From Auanema rhodensis (Eukaryota > Animalia > Nematoda): a stretch of DNA of 64,000 nt. Made by a program: the position numbers and the translations under genes. Shown one piece after another: positions 63,401-64,000 of this stretch. The stretch spans positions 7,936,001 through 8,000,000 of the forward strand of contig OZ059896.1 of assembly GCA_964057225.1 (NCBI GenBank), read 5' to 3'. The notes below the pieces were generated by a model. It saw nothing but the letters and a program-made list of their open reading frames with translations. It had not been told where the DNA came from and ran no database searches. Numbering within the stretch: the stretch's first letter is position 1; each line of letters starts with the position of its first letter.

Positions 63401-63900
63401 TTTCCGTTTTCCCAGATTTATTCTAATACAAAAGATGTTATTTCATTTTTGTAGTTTTGGTTGTCTCTTGTATGTTAGTTTCTACTATGAAATATGCGAA
63501 TACGATATATTCGTAGCTTCCGTAGCGAGGTAGGAAGCGCGTCAGTCTCATAATCTGAAGGTCGTGAGTTCGAGCCTCACCGGGAGCAATCTTTTCCGTT
63601 TTCCCTATATTAATTCTGATACAAAAGATGTTATTTCATTTTTGTAGTTTTGGTTGTCTCTTGTATGTTCGTAGCTACTAAGAAATTTGCGCACACGCTG
63701 TATTCGTAGCTTCCGTAGCGCAGTAGGCAGCGCGTCAGTCTCATAATCTGAAGGTCGTGAGTTCGGGCCTCACCGGGAGCAATCTTTTCCGTTTTCTCAG
63801 ATTTATTCTGATACAAAAGATGTTATTTCATTTTTGTAGTTTTGGTTGTCTCTTGTATGTTCGTAGCTACTAAGAAATTTGTGCACACGCTATATTCGTA

Positions 63901-63973
63901 GCTTCCGTAGCGCAGTAGGCAGCGCGTCAGTCTCATAATCTGAAGGTCGTGAGTTCGAGCCTCACCGGGAGCA
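63901..63973 (+). tRNA. tRNA-Met(CAT), last complete copy in the window
   Basis: Identical to the consensus at 6161-6233. Confidence 0.95.
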
Positions 63974-64000
63974 ATCTTTTCCGTTTTCCGAGATATATTC

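Larger units (their letters stand above)
6096..64000 (+). repeat. Tandem array of about 220 tRNA-Met(CAT) genes, 191-193 bp unit (73-bp tRNA plus ~119-bp AT-rich spacer), runs off the window end
   Basis: The unit is directly visible and the antisense ORF track repeats every 191-193 bp. Copy number estimated as block length divided by unit length (about 132 left of 45194, about 89 right of 46875). Confidence 0.97.

Noticed and set aside
6032-63816. The many 60-150 aa minus-strand ORFs (MYQNKS.../MTTKTIK...IAPGEARTHDLQIMRLTRCLLRYGS)
   Set aside because: They are antisense translations of the tRNA-Met repeat; many start at TTG. Conservation is explained by the tRNA.
6096-64000. CRISPR-like repeat-spacer array
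   Set aside because: The spacers are near-identical rather than unique, the repeat is a full tRNA, there are no cas genes, and the context is eukaryotic.

Overview
Eukaryotic DNA, most likely nematode, judged from the tRNA-Met sequence, a 45-nt GT..TTTTTAG intron and the element type. (1) 1-6095 is the 5' part of an apparently intact env-bearing Ty3/Gypsy (Metaviridae)-type LTR element on the minus strand. It has a 366-bp LTR with atypical CG...CG ends (5730-6095), a tRNA-Gln primer-binding site (5717-5729), and a 1.8-kb leader carrying a spliced antisense accessory gene (4218-4751). One uninterrupted reading frame (3892 to <2, about 1,297 codons) is absent from the ORF track because it runs off the window. 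It fuses Gag directly, via an internal signal peptide, to a class III (rhabdovirus G-like) glycoprotein with a furin site. This matches the gag-env-pro-pol layout described for nematode endogenous retroviruses (NERVs); pro/pol would lie outside the window. (2) 6096-64000 is a head-to-tail array of about 220 elongator tRNA-Met(CAT) genes with a 191-193 bp unit, satellite-like higher-order repeats and two spacer-haplotype domains. (3) Twelve copies (1196 or 1046 bp) plus one truncated copy of a dead, one-ended Merlin (IS1595/ISXO2-like) transposon sit at the identical position in the array and were co-amplified with it. (4) A 1.36-kb piece of the retroviral gag region is patched into the array at 45480-46840 with microhomology and templated-insertion junctions. 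The many short 60-150 aa minus-strand ORFs in the track are antisense read-throughs of the tRNA repeat.
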